The position numbers and the translations under genes are program-made. From the NCBI GenBank assembly GCA_964016885.1, contig OZ024744.1:112902001-112966000 (forward strand): 64,000 bases of DNA. The letters are read 5' to 3'. Below, in pieces: positions 1 through 12,221 of this stretch. Each line of letters starts with the position of its first letter. The first letter of the stretch is position 1. This DNA comes from Eledone cirrhosa (Eukaryota). The notes beneath the pieces were generated by a model, which was not told the origin of the DNA, made no database searches, and saw only the letters and a program-made list of their open reading frames with translations.

Positions 1-604
1 AAACAGCTTCGCATCTCCTTGCACACTGATCGTCCATGACGGCCATCCGTATTGTTGTTTTTGCCCGACTCGCTGGGAAAGCAACAAATTGAACTGGACT
101 TGTCAACATTTCAGCCACTTCTGTGGATTCGCCCGAATTATGGAATTTACACTGCAACCCACCTACAGATTAAACTTGCCTTTTGTTCTTTACAAAGCAA
201 CCAGCCATTTTTTCCTGGCTCCACAGCACATTCGACAATACATCTGGGGGCCATCATTTTCTCGCCAGCACTGGTAAACTACCATAATAGCTTCGTTCAC
301 AGCTACTGGTACAACGCTTACCATTAACATTTAATGCAAGAACAGCAACTTCGCCCATGTCAGACTTTATCCGTTTTTTGTTAGACCTTTGGCGGTCACG
401 TATAAACAACAAAACAATTGGTCATTTGACACAGCGGCTCAACACGGCCCGTAGCGCCTCATTTTTTGTTCTTGCATGCAACCTTCTGCTCAATTATTTT
501 TTCGCTGATGTGCTCTTTCAGCATTTGTTCTTGCTGATTCAATAATATGTGGGTCCTTGGTTTCTTCGTTATCGATTTTCGGCTGAAAATCTGGTTGGAG
601 GTGA

Positions 605-1136
605 TGTAGTGACCTACATTCCGCGGGCTCACATACATTCTCTGTGCGTGATTTGGCTTAGTTCAGCCAATCAGCGCCAGTAGAAGAGGATGTATCCCTA
701 CGCGCCCTGAGGAAGAAATTCCCCGCGAAGATTTGAAGAATCTCTAGCGTGTACCAAAAACTTCGAGCCAGCAACACGCATAATGTAGCAGTGAGATATT
801 GCACCCCTAGCCTCGCCGGCTTAACGGCGCAATGGCACATTCCCTTTTGTAACCTCTTTTTATCTGTAACTTCAACCATATAAATAAACAAACATTTCAT
901 CTCTAATTACTGCGGTTGAAGTCGTTATTATGTTACTCGTGTCTCAATAACATCTTTAATCCATGCTGCTGGAATTGGCGACCTGACGAAAGGAATATTG
1001 TAGATAGATGGTAAATAGATCGAGGGACCTTCCCTCACGTCTATGTCAACAAGATAATCCAACGAGGATACTATCACTTACCACACTGGCAACTAACGAC
1101 CACTGATTCTACCACCCTGCTAAAGTGGCGATAACA
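605..1136 (+). mobile_element. Probable LTR (3' LTR) of an LTR retrotransposon inserted into an RTE LINE
   Basis: Begins TGTAGTGAC directly after a purine-rich PPT-like tract (GGTTGGAGGTGA, 593-604). Contains TATAAATAAA near 880. Ends ...GATAACA at 1136 (alternative end ...CAATAACA at 952), where RTE RT-coding sequence resumes. No partner LTR in the window. Confidence 0.5.
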
Positions 1137-2680
1137 TCTATAACTAATACTGCTAAAAGAGCATCCGTGGTACTTTTACCTGGCACAAACCCAAACTGCA
1201 TTTTATCTAGATCAATCCAGTCTCTAATCAGTTGAGTAATAACTCTTTCTGTGACCTTTATGATCTGGTCAACTTAATGCCTCTATAGTTTACTCTATAG
1301 TTTCCTTGTAGCAGTTAACGATGATGATGCTACGCCAGTCATTTGGTATGACCTCCACACTTGGTTTACTATCCGGGTGACCATAGTATGTCCCACCAAT
1401 ACAGATGCCTTCAACATCTCAGCAACTATCTTCGAAGGCCCAGCTGACTTGCCTGTCTTCATATCTTTGATTGCCTTACTTACTATACTACCATTAACTT
1501 GCACTGCTGGTCCCTCTGTTGGATTGATTTTGGGCGATTATTTTTATCCCATTCATTCTCCTCATTTAATAGTCTCTCGTAGTGTCACTTCCAAGCTACC
1601 TTCTTATCAAGGAGGGAAAGTATATTATCATCATTACGGACACACTTCTCCCTGACAATATCACGGTTTTCCTTGACACATTGTCTTGCAATCTTGAACA
1701 TGTCACATCTTTGGTCCTTGCATTGTAGAACATACTTGAACTTTCTATCCTTTGCTTTCCATCTTGCAAAGTACACTTGTCTCCTAGCTTCCCTTCTAGC
1801 CACTTGATAGAGTTCTCTACTTCCCCCCATCCCGTCATACTTTCCAAGCCTGCTTTTTGGCCTTGATTGACTCCTCCACCTTACTGTTCCACCACCATGT
1901 TACTCTCCTCCTGCCTATAGGTCTGCTCCAGCCACAGATTTCATCTGTTGCCTTCAGCAGGTTAACTTTCAGGAATTCCCACTGTTCCTCTATATTGTAC
2001 GACTCTAATTGCTCTTCCTTACTGTCAAAAGCATCAAGTAATATGCTTTTAAATTTATTACTGGCTGTGGGGTCCTTTAACTTCCATATTTTTCTCCTGA
2101 GGATAGTCCTCTTCTGCTGTCGAGTACGTCTCGTCCTGACTATGAGGTCGCTAATTATCAGTCTATGTTGGGAGGTGCATTCTTCATGGGGGAGGGATTT
2201 AGTGTTTACAACAGACATTCTGTCACGTCTTCTGGTAAGGATATAATCTATCTGACTGGCGTGTTCCCCTGATCTATAGGTGATCAAGTGATTGTCTCGT
2301 TTTTTGAAGTTTGTGTTACAGATAGTTAGGTTATTTGCGTCAAAGAATTCCAGGATTCTGAAGCCTTCCTCATTTCTAGTTCCAAACCCATAGCCTCCAT
2401 GGATTCCGTCATAGCCATCACAATGTTGTCCAACGTGACCATTTAGATAGCCAGCAATAATTATGTAGTCACTGTCAGGTTATTTGGGAGGTAGTGAGCA
2501 TTAGAGACTCATAGAACCTGTCTTTAGTAACGTCTGGTAATCTTGATTGGGGTGCATAAGCGGAAATAATTGATACAGTTGTCTTATTTAGAACTAGTCT
2601 TATTTTAATTATTTTGTCATTTACGCCAATTACCTTGTCTACCCATTTTTCTGCTAACATAATTCCTACTCGACCCAGCC
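1137..2680 (-). mobile_element. Degenerate RTE-clade LINE fragment (APE endonuclease to RT N-terminus)
   Basis: Minus-strand peptides ISAYAPQ, TYRSGEHASQIDYILTR, SQHRLII, TWWWN, MKTGKSAGPS and MQFGFVPGKSTTDA. Several frameshifts. Confidence 0.9.
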
Positions 2681-2744
2681 CGTCGTCAATTCTCATATAC
2701 AATGCTTCAAGCAAACTACAATTTATATATATATATATATATAT

Positions 2745-3452
2745 ACTTTCAGAGCACCCTCCCCCACTGCTGATTTTGTCACCCAGGTAACGGAAGCTGT
2801 CCACTATTTCTATAGAACCCTCTGCGCAATTGAAAGAGCTAGTATTTTGTGGGCACTTGCTGCTACTTATTGCACCAGAGCACCGGCCACATGTAAAATC
2901 TATGTTCTTAGTTATCTTACCTGTGATCCCACTACATCTTTTATGCACCCATACTTTGCATTTGGGACATAAAATGGAGTTTCTACCTACGCCTTTCCTA
3001 CACACCGAGCACGACCATTTCCCAGAAGGGACCGCCGCCTTATTTTCTTTCCTACAAACTAGAACTTTAGTCTTAGCCAGGTTAATTTTAAGTCCTTTTG
3101 ACTCTAGGCCGTGCTTCCATGTTTGGAATTTCTTCTCTAGCTCGGCCATTGATTCCGCTATGAGTGTCAGGTCATCTGCGTATAGGAGTTCCCATGGGCA
3201 GCCTGTCTTGAACTCCTCTGTTATAGCCTGAAGGGCAATAATAAATAGTAGGGGGCTGAGAACGGAGCCCTGATGGACGCCAACTTTTACTCTAAACTCT
3301 TCACTATATTCGTTGTTAATTCTAACCTTGCTGACTGTTTCTTTATACATGGCTTGTATAGCTCTCACAAGCCATTCGTCAACGCCTAGTTTTCTAAGAG
3401 CCCACCAGATAATGGAGCGGGGGACTCTGTCGAAGGCTTTCTCCAAGTCGAG
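2745..3452 (-). mobile_element. RTE-clade LINE RT fragment with an embedded PHD-like zinc finger
   Basis: DLEKAFDRVPR, GVHQGSVLSPLLF, LLYADDL, then CSVC...CPKC..WVHKRC...CGRC, then FRYLGDKI. Confidence 0.9.
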
Positions 3453-3800
3453 ATGATGATGATATAAATAGTCTTTCCCTGTATCCATCTGTTACTGTCC
3501 TTTGTCCACTAGAGACAGTTGTATTAACCTTAAAGCATCCAAACAACGTATCTCTAGTGGTCAATTGATGAATTTGACTAATGACTGTATTTGTTCATTT
3601 CCTTGTCTCTTTTAACGGAATCCTTAAAAAATTATTTAAAAGAAAATAAATATACAAACGGCAGACACAGAACTCCATGTTCAGCGACCGTTGAAATGGA
3701 TTTGTGGGCAGTTTTGACCCCTACCAACAGTACTGCTGGACCATCTGGGGCCACGGCATCTGATATAAGCCAATTGCTGTCCAAAGGAGTAAGAGACAAG

Positions 3801-3878
<78 letters not shown>

Positions 3879-3921
3879 ATAATATTAATAAATGGAAACT
3901 TTCTTTATAAAACCATATTTA

Positions 3922-3979
3922 TTTTATTATATATATTTCAAGGGTACCAAAGTTTTTGGTACGCTCTCATCAGATGAAA
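3922..3979 (-). ncRNA. Minimal type I hammerhead ribozyme (inverted copy)
   Basis: Reverse complement reads TTTCAT-CTGATGA-GAGCGTACCAAAAACTTTGGTACCCTT-GAAA-TATATA-TA-ATAAAA. Confidence 0.75.
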
Positions 3980-4110
3980 TACAAAAGTTGTTTTATAGAT
4001 AGTGACATATCCCAAAACAAGAACTTAAGTTCTGTTTGAATAGCCAAACAGAACTTAAAACAATAAGTTCTTGTTTTGAATATGTCACTATCTGTAAAAC
4101 AACTTTTGTA

Positions 4111-4168
4111 TTTCATCTGATGAGAGCATACCAAAAACTTTGGTACCCTTGAAATATATATAATAAAA
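4111..4168 (+). ncRNA. Minimal type I hammerhead ribozyme
   Basis: TTTCAT-CTGATGA-stem II (TACCAAA/TTTGGTA)-GAAA-TATATA (palindromic stem III)-TA-ATAAAA. Confidence 0.8.
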
Positions 4169-4347
4169 TAAATATGGTTTTATAAAGATAAAGATAATTT
4201 CCATTTATTGATATTATTGATATTATACTCCAGAAGAAATCTTGTAGAGTGCTTCAAATCTGTTATAAATAAATTTATTGAAAATCAACAAATTAAATAA
4301 CTCTTTGCTTATATATATATAATATATATATGTAAATATTTATTTGT

Positions 4348-4396
<49 letters not shown>

Positions 4397-4699
4397 CCTG
4401 TATGAATGCTTGTGTCTGTAGTAGGGGATAATCAATCAGCCAGGTCACCCTGCTTACAAGGATTCCCTTGACTCTCTGACACCAAATTCTATTGTTCATC
4501 ATATTTGGCAGGTCAGGGGATTGCAGTTTGGTATGGTTTGGACCCGTAACTCCCAGGAGAGTCGTACGGACGGGAGACATATTGACCTACAGTGTTTCTA
4601 GGACATTTCCAAACCTAGCGGAGCACATCTCCTTCTCCAGGTCTGAATATGAATACTGCAGATTTCTTCCAGAGAAAGATAGAAAGTGAGAAAGAGATA

Positions 4700-4810
4700 T
4701 AGAGTGGAAGAATCGGCCCCAGTACAAGACTGGTATTTTTTTTATTATCGACGTTGAAAGGTTGAAAGGCAAAGTTGACCTGGGTAGGGTTTGAACTGAG
4801 AGAGCAGAGA
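4700..4810 (-). mobile_element. tRNA-derived SINE fragment
   Basis: Reverse complement matches the GTTCAAA..TTTGCCTTTCA.CCTT..GTCGATAA..TACCAGT core seen at 33540-33870 and 47530-47600. Confidence 0.7.
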
Positions 4811-4939
4811 GTGGAAATGAATACTTACAAAGCATCAGATGCTCCAAAGGGTCTGCTTGATCCTCTGCAAAGGACAAGGAATTAGCCGAATGAAGAAGAA
4901 ACAGTAAAGGAGGGAACAAAAGAATAAAGGAAGGAATGG

Positions 4940-5143
4940 AGGTGTGGTATCAGTGGGAGGGGGTGGTGTGTTGTCAGTGGGTGGGGTGTATGTGAGAGGG
5001 GGAGGTGGGGTGGGGTGCCGGGGGAGGGGGAGGTGTGGTGTCAGTGAGAGAGGGGGAGGTGTAGTGCCAGTGAGAGGGGAGGTGTAGTGTCAGGGAGAGA
5101 GGGGGAGGTGTGGTGTCAGTGAGAGGGGGAGGTGTGGTGTCAC
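4940..5143 (+). repeat. G-rich ~22-24 bp minisatellite (GAGAGGGGGAGGTGTGGTGTCAGT)
   Basis: About 6 recognisable tandem units plus degenerate G-runs. Confidence 0.75.
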
Positions 5144-5278
5144 AATGTTTACAATATAAAGTTGTTACTGTCGTTGTTACTCTTAGTGTTGTTAGTCATT
5201 GTTACTGATGTATTTATTACAGTAACAACAACAGCAGCAACAACAATAAAGTTTCCAGAAACACTGGGCAGCGTGCGA

Positions 5279-7900
5279 GTCCTAACATCCATCTTACTTA
5301 GTTCTTGCTAGTCCTAACATCCATCTTACTTAGTTCTTGCTAGTCCTAACATCTATCTTACTTAGTTCTTGCGAGTCCTAACATCTATCTTACTTAGTTC
5401 TTGCTAGTCCTAACATCCATCTTACTTAGTTCTTGCTAGTCCTAACATCTATCTTACTTAGTTCTTGCTAGTTCTAACATCCATCTTACTTAGTTCTTGC
5501 TAGTCCTAACATCCATCTTACTTAGTTCTTGCTAGTCCTAACATCCATCTTACTTAGTTCTTGCTAGTCCTAACATCCATCTTACTTAGTTCTTGCTAGT
5601 CCTAACATCCATCTTACTTAGTTCTTGCTAGTCCTAACATCCATCTTACTTAGTTCTTGCTAGTCCTAACATCTATCTTACTTAGTTCTTGCTAGTCCTA
5701 ACATCCATCTTACTCAGTTCTTGCTAGTCCTAACATCCATCTTACTTAGTTCTTGCTAGTCCTAACATCCATCTTACTTAGTTCTTGCTAGTCCTAACAT
5801 CCATCTTACTTAGTTCTTGCTAGTCCTAACATCCATCTTACTTAGTTCTTGCTAGTCCTAACATCTATCTTACTTAGTTCTTGCTAGTCCTAACATCCAT
5901 CTTACTCAGTTCTTGCTAGTCCTAACATCCATCTTACTTAGTTCTTGCTAGTCCTAACATCTATCTTACTCAGTTTTTACCGAGTCCTAACATCTATCTT
6001 ACTCAGTTCTTGCTAGTCCTAACATCTATCTTACTCAGTTCTTGCTAGTCCTAACATCCATCTTACTCAGTTCTTGCTAGTCCTAACATCTATCTTACTC
6101 AGTTCTTGTGAGTCCTAACATCTATCTTACTTAGTTCTTGCTAGTCCTAACATCTATCTTACTCAGTTCTTGCTAGTCCTAACATCCATCTTACTCAGTT
6201 CTTGCTAGTCCTAACATCTATCTTACTCAGTTCTTGTGAGTCCTAACATCTATCTTACTCAGTTCTTGTGAGTCCTAACATCTATCTTACTCAGTTCTTA
6301 CCGAGTCCTAACATCTATCTTACTCAGTTCTTGCTAGTCCTAACATCTATCTTACTCAGTTCTTGCGAGTCCTAACATCTATCTTACTCAGTTCTTGTGA
6401 GTCCTAACATCCATCTTACTCAGTTCTTGCTAGTCCTAACATCTATCTTACTCAGTTCTTGCTAGTCCTAACATCTATCTTACTCAGTTCTTGTGAGTCC
6501 TAACATCTATCTTACTCAGTTATTGCTAGTCCTAACATCTATCTTACTCAGTTCTTGCTAGTCCTAACATCTATCTTACTCAGTTATTGCTAGTCCTAAC
6601 ATCTATCTTACTCAGTTCTTACCGAGTCCTAACATCTATCTTACTCAGTTCTTGCTAGTCCTAACATCTATCTTACTCAGTTCTTGTGAGTCCTAACATC
6701 TATCTTACTCAGTTCTTGTGAGTCCTAACATCCATCTTACTCAGTTCTTGCTAGTCCTAACATCTATCTTACTCAGTTCTTGCTAGTCCTAACATCTATC
6801 TTACTCAGTTCTTGTGAGTCCTAACATCTATCTTACTCAGTTATTGCTAGTCCTAACATCTATCTTACTCAGTTCTTGCTAGTCCTAACATCTATCTTAC
6901 TCAGTTATTGCTAGTCCTAACATCTATCTTACTCAGTTCTTACCGAGTCCTAACATCTATCTTACTCAGTTCTTGCTAGTCCTAACATCTATCTTACTTA
7001 GTTCTTGCGAGTCCTAACATCTATCTTACTCAGTTATTGCTAGTCCTAACATCTATCTTACTCAGTTCTTGCTAGTCCTAACATCTATCTTACTTAGTTC
7101 TTGCTAGTCCTAACATCTATCTTACTCAGTTCTTGCTAGTCCTAACATCTATCTTACTTAGTTCTTGCTAGTCCTAACATCTATCTTACTCAGTTCTTGC
7201 TGGTCCTAACATCTATCTTACTCAGTTCTTGCTAGTCCTAACATCCATCTTACTTAGTTCTTGCTAGTCCTAACATCTATCTTATTCAGTTCTTGCTAGT
7301 CCTAACATCCATCTTACTCAGTTCTTGCTAGTCCTAACATCTATCTTACTCAGTTCTTGTGAGTCCTAACATCTATCTTACTTAGTTCTTGCTAGTCCTA
7401 ACATCTATCTTACTCAGTTCTTGCTAGTCCTAACATCTATCTTACTCAGTTCTTGCTAGTCCTAACATCTATCTTACTCAGTTCTTGCTAGTCCTAACAT
7501 CTATCTTACTTAGTTCTTGCTAGTCCTAACATCTATCTTACTCAGTTCTTGTGAGTCCTAACATCTATCTTACTCAGTTCTTGCGAGTCCTAACATCTAT
7601 CTTACTCAGTTCTTGCTTGTCCTAACATCTATCTTACTCAGTTCTTGCTAGTCCTAACATCTATCTTACTCAGTTCTTGCGAGTCCTAACATCTATCTTA
7701 CTTAGTTCTTGCTAGTCCTAACATCTATCTTACTTAGTTCTTGTGAGTCCTAACATCTATCTTACTCAGTTCTTGCTACTCCTAACATCTATCTTACTCA
7801 GTTCTTGCGAGTCCTAACATCTATTTTACTCAGTTCTTGCTAATCCTAACATCTATCTTACTCAGTTATTGCGAGTCCTAACATCCATCTTACTCAGTTC
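5279..7900. repeat. 32-bp tandem satellite, ~80 copies (GTCCTAACATCYATCTTACTYAGTTCTTGCTA)
   Basis: Period 32 (units start at 5279, 5311, ...). Occasional 33-bp TACCGA variant. No unique spacers. Confidence 0.97.
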
Positions 7901-8389
7901 TGTAGTTCTCAGCTGTCGAGGCTCTATTGTCGAACCGTTCATTTTTCGATTTTCAGAGGAAGGCACAACTTTTCCACGTTTTATTGTCAAAAAAGCACAT
8001 TTGAACTCACCAAATTCCATTCCAATGCCTGTAGAAAATGAATAATTAGGTCCAATTGTTTTTATTTTTTTATGTGGTTGATATTTGGTTCATACAATTA
8101 CAGGTCATTGACAAAGAAAAGATGGGAGATACCTCTGGACCCACTTCTATGACCGTTTTGTTTTGTAAATAGGTAAGATAGAGGGTTTAATGAAAAGACA
8201 AAGAACAGCACTGAAAGAAGCCTTTTTGATATTGAATGCCACCAGACTAATGTGGTATACTATTGAAAGCTTTCTGATAGTCCAGCCACACCACAGTTAA
8301 GTTCCTGTGATTCTTTACTGTTTTCTTGTATCCTTCTGTTAATTAGTAGCTGCTCTATACAAACTCCCCCCACCCACCCCCACCCTACA

Positions 8390-9700
8390 CACACACCTTC
8401 TTTCCACCAGCTTGCTCAGGTGTTCTAATGTTGTTGCTGGCACAATAATCCTGCAAGAACCGATTGACGCACCCGGTGTATAATTTGTACATGATGTTCT
8501 GGCAGGTGGTAATTTTTAGCAAGAGTGGGTTGGTTCTTTTTTATTTATTTGGGGAGGGGGGTTAAGGAGAATAGTGGCAGTTAATAACTATTGGAGTAGT
8601 TCTTTTGTTCGCTTGAAACTTTCTCCATATAACCATAGAACTCACCGATAAAGGGTAAAATTCTTTAGCCAGTAATAGGTTGAGGTTTGGTCCTGGAGAT
8701 ATTTTGTTTGACATTTTTTGTAGAGCTGTTTCCAGTATTGTGCTGTCTATTCCATATTGCTTTTTGCTGGACATATTGGCAGTAGTCCTGTTCCAGTTCT
8801 TTTAGCCATACAGCTTGTTTGTTGAATTCACCATGTTTCTCCAGTTGTTCTCAACTTGGTCTTTTGTCGCGGTGTCTTTTACAGAGTTTGATCCGTTCAC
8901 ATTGAAGCTACGATAGACTTGAGATCTCTAGTAAATAATCTATTCGCCATTTACCATTTATACACTGTAGATTTATATTTTAGTTTTCAGCTGTAGTTGT
9001 GAGTTGTTGTTTCAGCTGGTATAGTTTGGAATTTAGGGTTTTAAACCATGTAGCTTCAATTCGCCTCTCCAGCTGTTTTTTTTTTTATTAATGTCTTTGC
9101 AGGAACAAATTTTACTTTTAAAGTTACGTGCCCATCTTGGTACAGGCTTTCTTCTTATATCTCAATTACATTGTTTCAGTTCTTTACAATAGGCCAGCAA
9201 TGTGATAGCTGAGGCATATATCAAAAGGTTAACGGTTTTGTAGGTTGTTTTCATATCTCTGGACTGTATGACCTTCAGATAAATGTCTGCTATTTCATTT
9301 ACTGACTCCAACTCTAATTTAATGAGTTCTTTACTTATACTGGTGTTGTGTGGCCTGTCACTCAATTAAGGTTGTGGACCTGTCGAAACATATCATTCCA
9401 GATCTCTTGTGAAGCATCCATAAATTTTTGGTGTTTGTACAGTAGTGGAGGTATGGGTTTCAGCTAACTTGTTGGTGTGTTGTTTATTGTTAGATTTAGC
9501 TGAGCATGCTGTCTCTTCATCAGTAGAAGTGGGATCACTGCTTTCGTTGGTTGGCTTTGTAATACCAGCCAGCTTTTATCAATTTAGTTCCGTTAAATGT
9601 ATCAATTTACATCTAATTATATGTTTTGCTTGTTCATTTAAATGTTTTGGGGAAAATCTAATTCTTGGTGTTTAGAGTTCCTCATATTGTTTAGCCTTTG
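8390..9700 (-). mobile_element. Highly degenerate non-LTR retrotransposon (R4/Dong-like) pre-RT/RT N-terminal remnant
   Basis: Minus-strand peptide LETALQKMSNKISPGPN (K.PG.D-like motif) and upstream helical segments (NLLIYASA). Many stops. Confidence 0.5.
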
Positions 9701-10114
9701 CATAAAACAGAACCTTTTGGATGGTATATATGTTTCATATAAATCTTTGTTAAGATTGTAGATCCATTATATACAGTGATTCTAGCCACAATTTGGTCGA
9801 AGAGGACTGATAATTTTGGTCATAATGATTTTGTCTCTTAACTGTTACTTTTCAAAATAGACTATGATCTTCTCTGAAAGTTTCGACAAAGTTTTGTCAG
9901 AATTAAATTTCAAGTTACAGTTCTATTATTTCCAGATTGTTTTTAACTTAATAATTGTATTTAAACGTCCATGTGTATTTTTAGAGAATTGTTTTGAAAC
10001 GTTAATTGGCTTATTTATGTGTGTAATGTTACAACGCCGTGTTTATATATCTATGTATCTCTCTCTATATATACATGTGTATGTGTGCCGTATATATATT
10101 ATTATATATATATA

Positions 10115-10930
10115 CTAGCAGTAAAGCCCGGCGTTGCTCGGGGTCGCTCAGTAGCTGTGTTAAAGTTACAATGTTAAGTTTCTTTTTTGGCTTAAAAACT
10201 GTAGTGTCTACTGTGCAGACTTGCATGTGGTGTTTTTGATTAATATTCCCTCAACCAACAATATGCCTTATGAAGTTAAGAAAACATAACGATAACCCGA
10301 ATGTTATAACAAAAGAGGATGCTGGGGATAGAAACTGCACTTGTTATTTATTAACAAAGATCGAAAATGTAAACACTGCAACGCAGAGAAAAACATTAGC
10401 GTAACCAAATTATCAGTTATGTCTGTCTGCACGCCTATATCACCTCTCTGCACGACTGTCTGTCTGCACGCCTGAAATATTTGCTTGTTTTACGTAGTCT
10501 TTAAATAGACTTGTTTTCAAGTAAAAATATTGTTTTAAAATGCTTTTAAATGGAAATGAAGCAAAACGGAAGCTTAGTGTTCGAACTGATGAATTTTGCA
10601 GGTCAATATTTTGCTGGCTCGACAACTGTTCGTGTATTGTGTTAATGTCATTTTAAACGCTGAGAAAGCCAGCGTAATTTTTTACGTAAGACGCTCAATG
10701 TAAACAGAACAAAGGGAAATAACTGATAACTTACGCTCAAAAATCGATACATTATATTCGATTTCGTCACATAGGGTGGGTCAATTTGAAATATTTTTTT
10801 TTCCGATGTCTTCGCTAGGGCTCAATGTACAAGTATAGCAATTTCGGTGCAATTCCGTGAGAGATTCTAAGAGGAGATGTGTGCCAAAAATCGATAGACA
10901 GACAGACAACCACAGTTTTATATATATAGA
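10115..10930 (-). mobile_element. Non-autonomous Helitron
   Basis: Minus strand starts TCTATATATATAAAAC after an A and ends with hairpin CCCGAGCAACGCCGGG followed by CTAG then T. This is the canonical A|TC...hairpin-CTAG|T structure. (GTCT)n lies near the 5' end. Confidence 0.85.
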
Positions 10931-11210
10931 TAAAAGAGAGATGTTTATTGGCTGGTTGGTTGGTTGGTTGGTTGAATCACACGAAAACTACACACACACA
11001 CACACACACACACATCTAAAGAGAGAGAGGCCGTTATACAGAGAGATATACAATTTAGAGAGAGGGAGAGAGTAACGTCCCATAAAAGTCTAGAAACAGC
11101 TTAAACTATAGATCCTTTGATCTAAAGGCAGGTTTAACAATATTGTGTTAGCTTTTATAAAGTAGTTTTACAGTCTTTGATTTTACAGAACAAAGAAAAA
11201 TTGATACTAT

Positions 11211-11441
11211 TTGAAATTAATCTACCCTCCAGCTTTTATCCATAATCTACTTACAGACCGTACTAACGAAGCTAAACACTTCAGAAGCAATGTTATGTGG
11301 TATATTGCTGTGTTTCAGATGACGTCCTCTGGAGCTGAAAAAGATCATACTGACTATAGTTATTTAACATTTAAAATCCGAGGCCAATATTACCATTTAA
11401 TCGGCAGTTTACTCCCCCAGCCTAATAAGGAAGTTTTATGA
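11211..11441 (+). pseudogene. Helitron Rep/Hel protein N-terminal fragment
   Basis: KHFRSNV..Y.AVFQMTSSGA...TFKIRGQYYHLIGSLLP matches the conserved Helitron 'F.MTS.G...F.I.GQ.YH.IGSL.P' motif. Confidence 0.8.
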
Positions 11442-11980
11442 TTGTTTTTTTTTATGTCTCTCACACACACACACATTACGGTCTCACATCATACCAAACA
11501 ACACATCCAATGCAGTCGTTTTCTCTGTTCTCCCTGGCGAAGCCGGGTATCTCAGCTAGTTTTCATATATATGCATGTATTTTGTATGTTTCTTTCACTA
11601 TCTCTTTGTCTTTGCATTTCCGTGTGTAAATGTGTAGTATGTGTGTACATGTGTGTATGTAAGTATGTGTTGCGGATGTAGTAGGCATGACTATATACAG
11701 ACGTTCACTCCCCTTCCACGTGTCAGACAAAAACACTCCGTCTCCACCCATTGTCTACCATTGTATGGAGGAAAGGCGCGGTGTTTTTTGCATTACTATA
11801 CACATACTTACAAACACACGCACACGCATTTAAAATATTATATACATACATGTGTCTATACCTGCGCTAATACATGTGCATACAAACACACACACACACA
11901 CACATTCACACGTGTACATACACACACACACGCTTATACACACCTTCATATAAATATATATCTACGTTAAAATACACACA

Positions 11981-12017
<37 letters not shown>

Positions 12018-12086
12018 AAAAAGAGATGAAATCGAAAATGCAACTGGAGTCTTATTTTTTTTAAAAATAAATATATTTATTTGGTT

Positions 12087-12124
12087 CCGTTACCGGTTTC
12101 GCAGATCTTCTGCTTTTCAAAAGG
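12087..12124 (-). ncRNA. Variant/degenerate hammerhead-like motif
   Basis: Reverse complement reads CCTT-TTGAAAA-GCAGAAGATCTGC-GAAA-CCGG-TA-ACGG. Stem II, the palindromic stem III and the GUA site are present, but the core is UUGAAAA instead of CUGANGA. Confidence 0.45.
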
Positions 12125-12221
12125 TGAGTTGAGATGGAGGGTTTTTCACTCGTGTAGGACACCTCGGTTATTTTTCATTTTGTAAAAAAACCCTCACTTT
12201 CTAATATATATATATATATAT

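Larger units (their letters stand above)
3874..4310 (+). mobile_element. Short non-coding Penelope-like 3'-end (pLTR) insertion with 5' inverted duplication, in (TA)n
   Basis: About 150-bp inverted arms (3874-4027 / 4064-4223), hammerhead motifs, a 3' tail shared with 12612-12742, and (TA)n on both flanks. Confidence 0.75.

Noticed and set aside
1-600. Protein-coding gene or integrase in the short plus-strand ORFs
   Set aside because: No recognisable motif. It may be the internal 3' region of the LTR element, but I cannot support a product.
2475-3488. 337-aa ORF as a novel RT-before-endonuclease protein
   Set aside because: Chance read-through across a (TA)n tract joining two separate RTE fragments.
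3506-3560. Inverted repeat CCACTAGAGA...TCTCTAGTGG
   Set aside because: It is a 10-bp stem with no ribozyme core or TSD evidence, so I cannot assign it.
3874-4223. Long palindromes (also 12222-12348 and 18348-18669) as MITEs or pre-miRNAs
   Set aside because: One arm continues into a unique shared 3' tail, and related copies lack the mirror arm, which fits per-insertion fold-back better.
5279-7900. CRISPR-like array (32-bp repeats)
   Set aside because: Repeats are head-to-tail with no unique spacers, there are no cas genes, and the context is eukaryotic.
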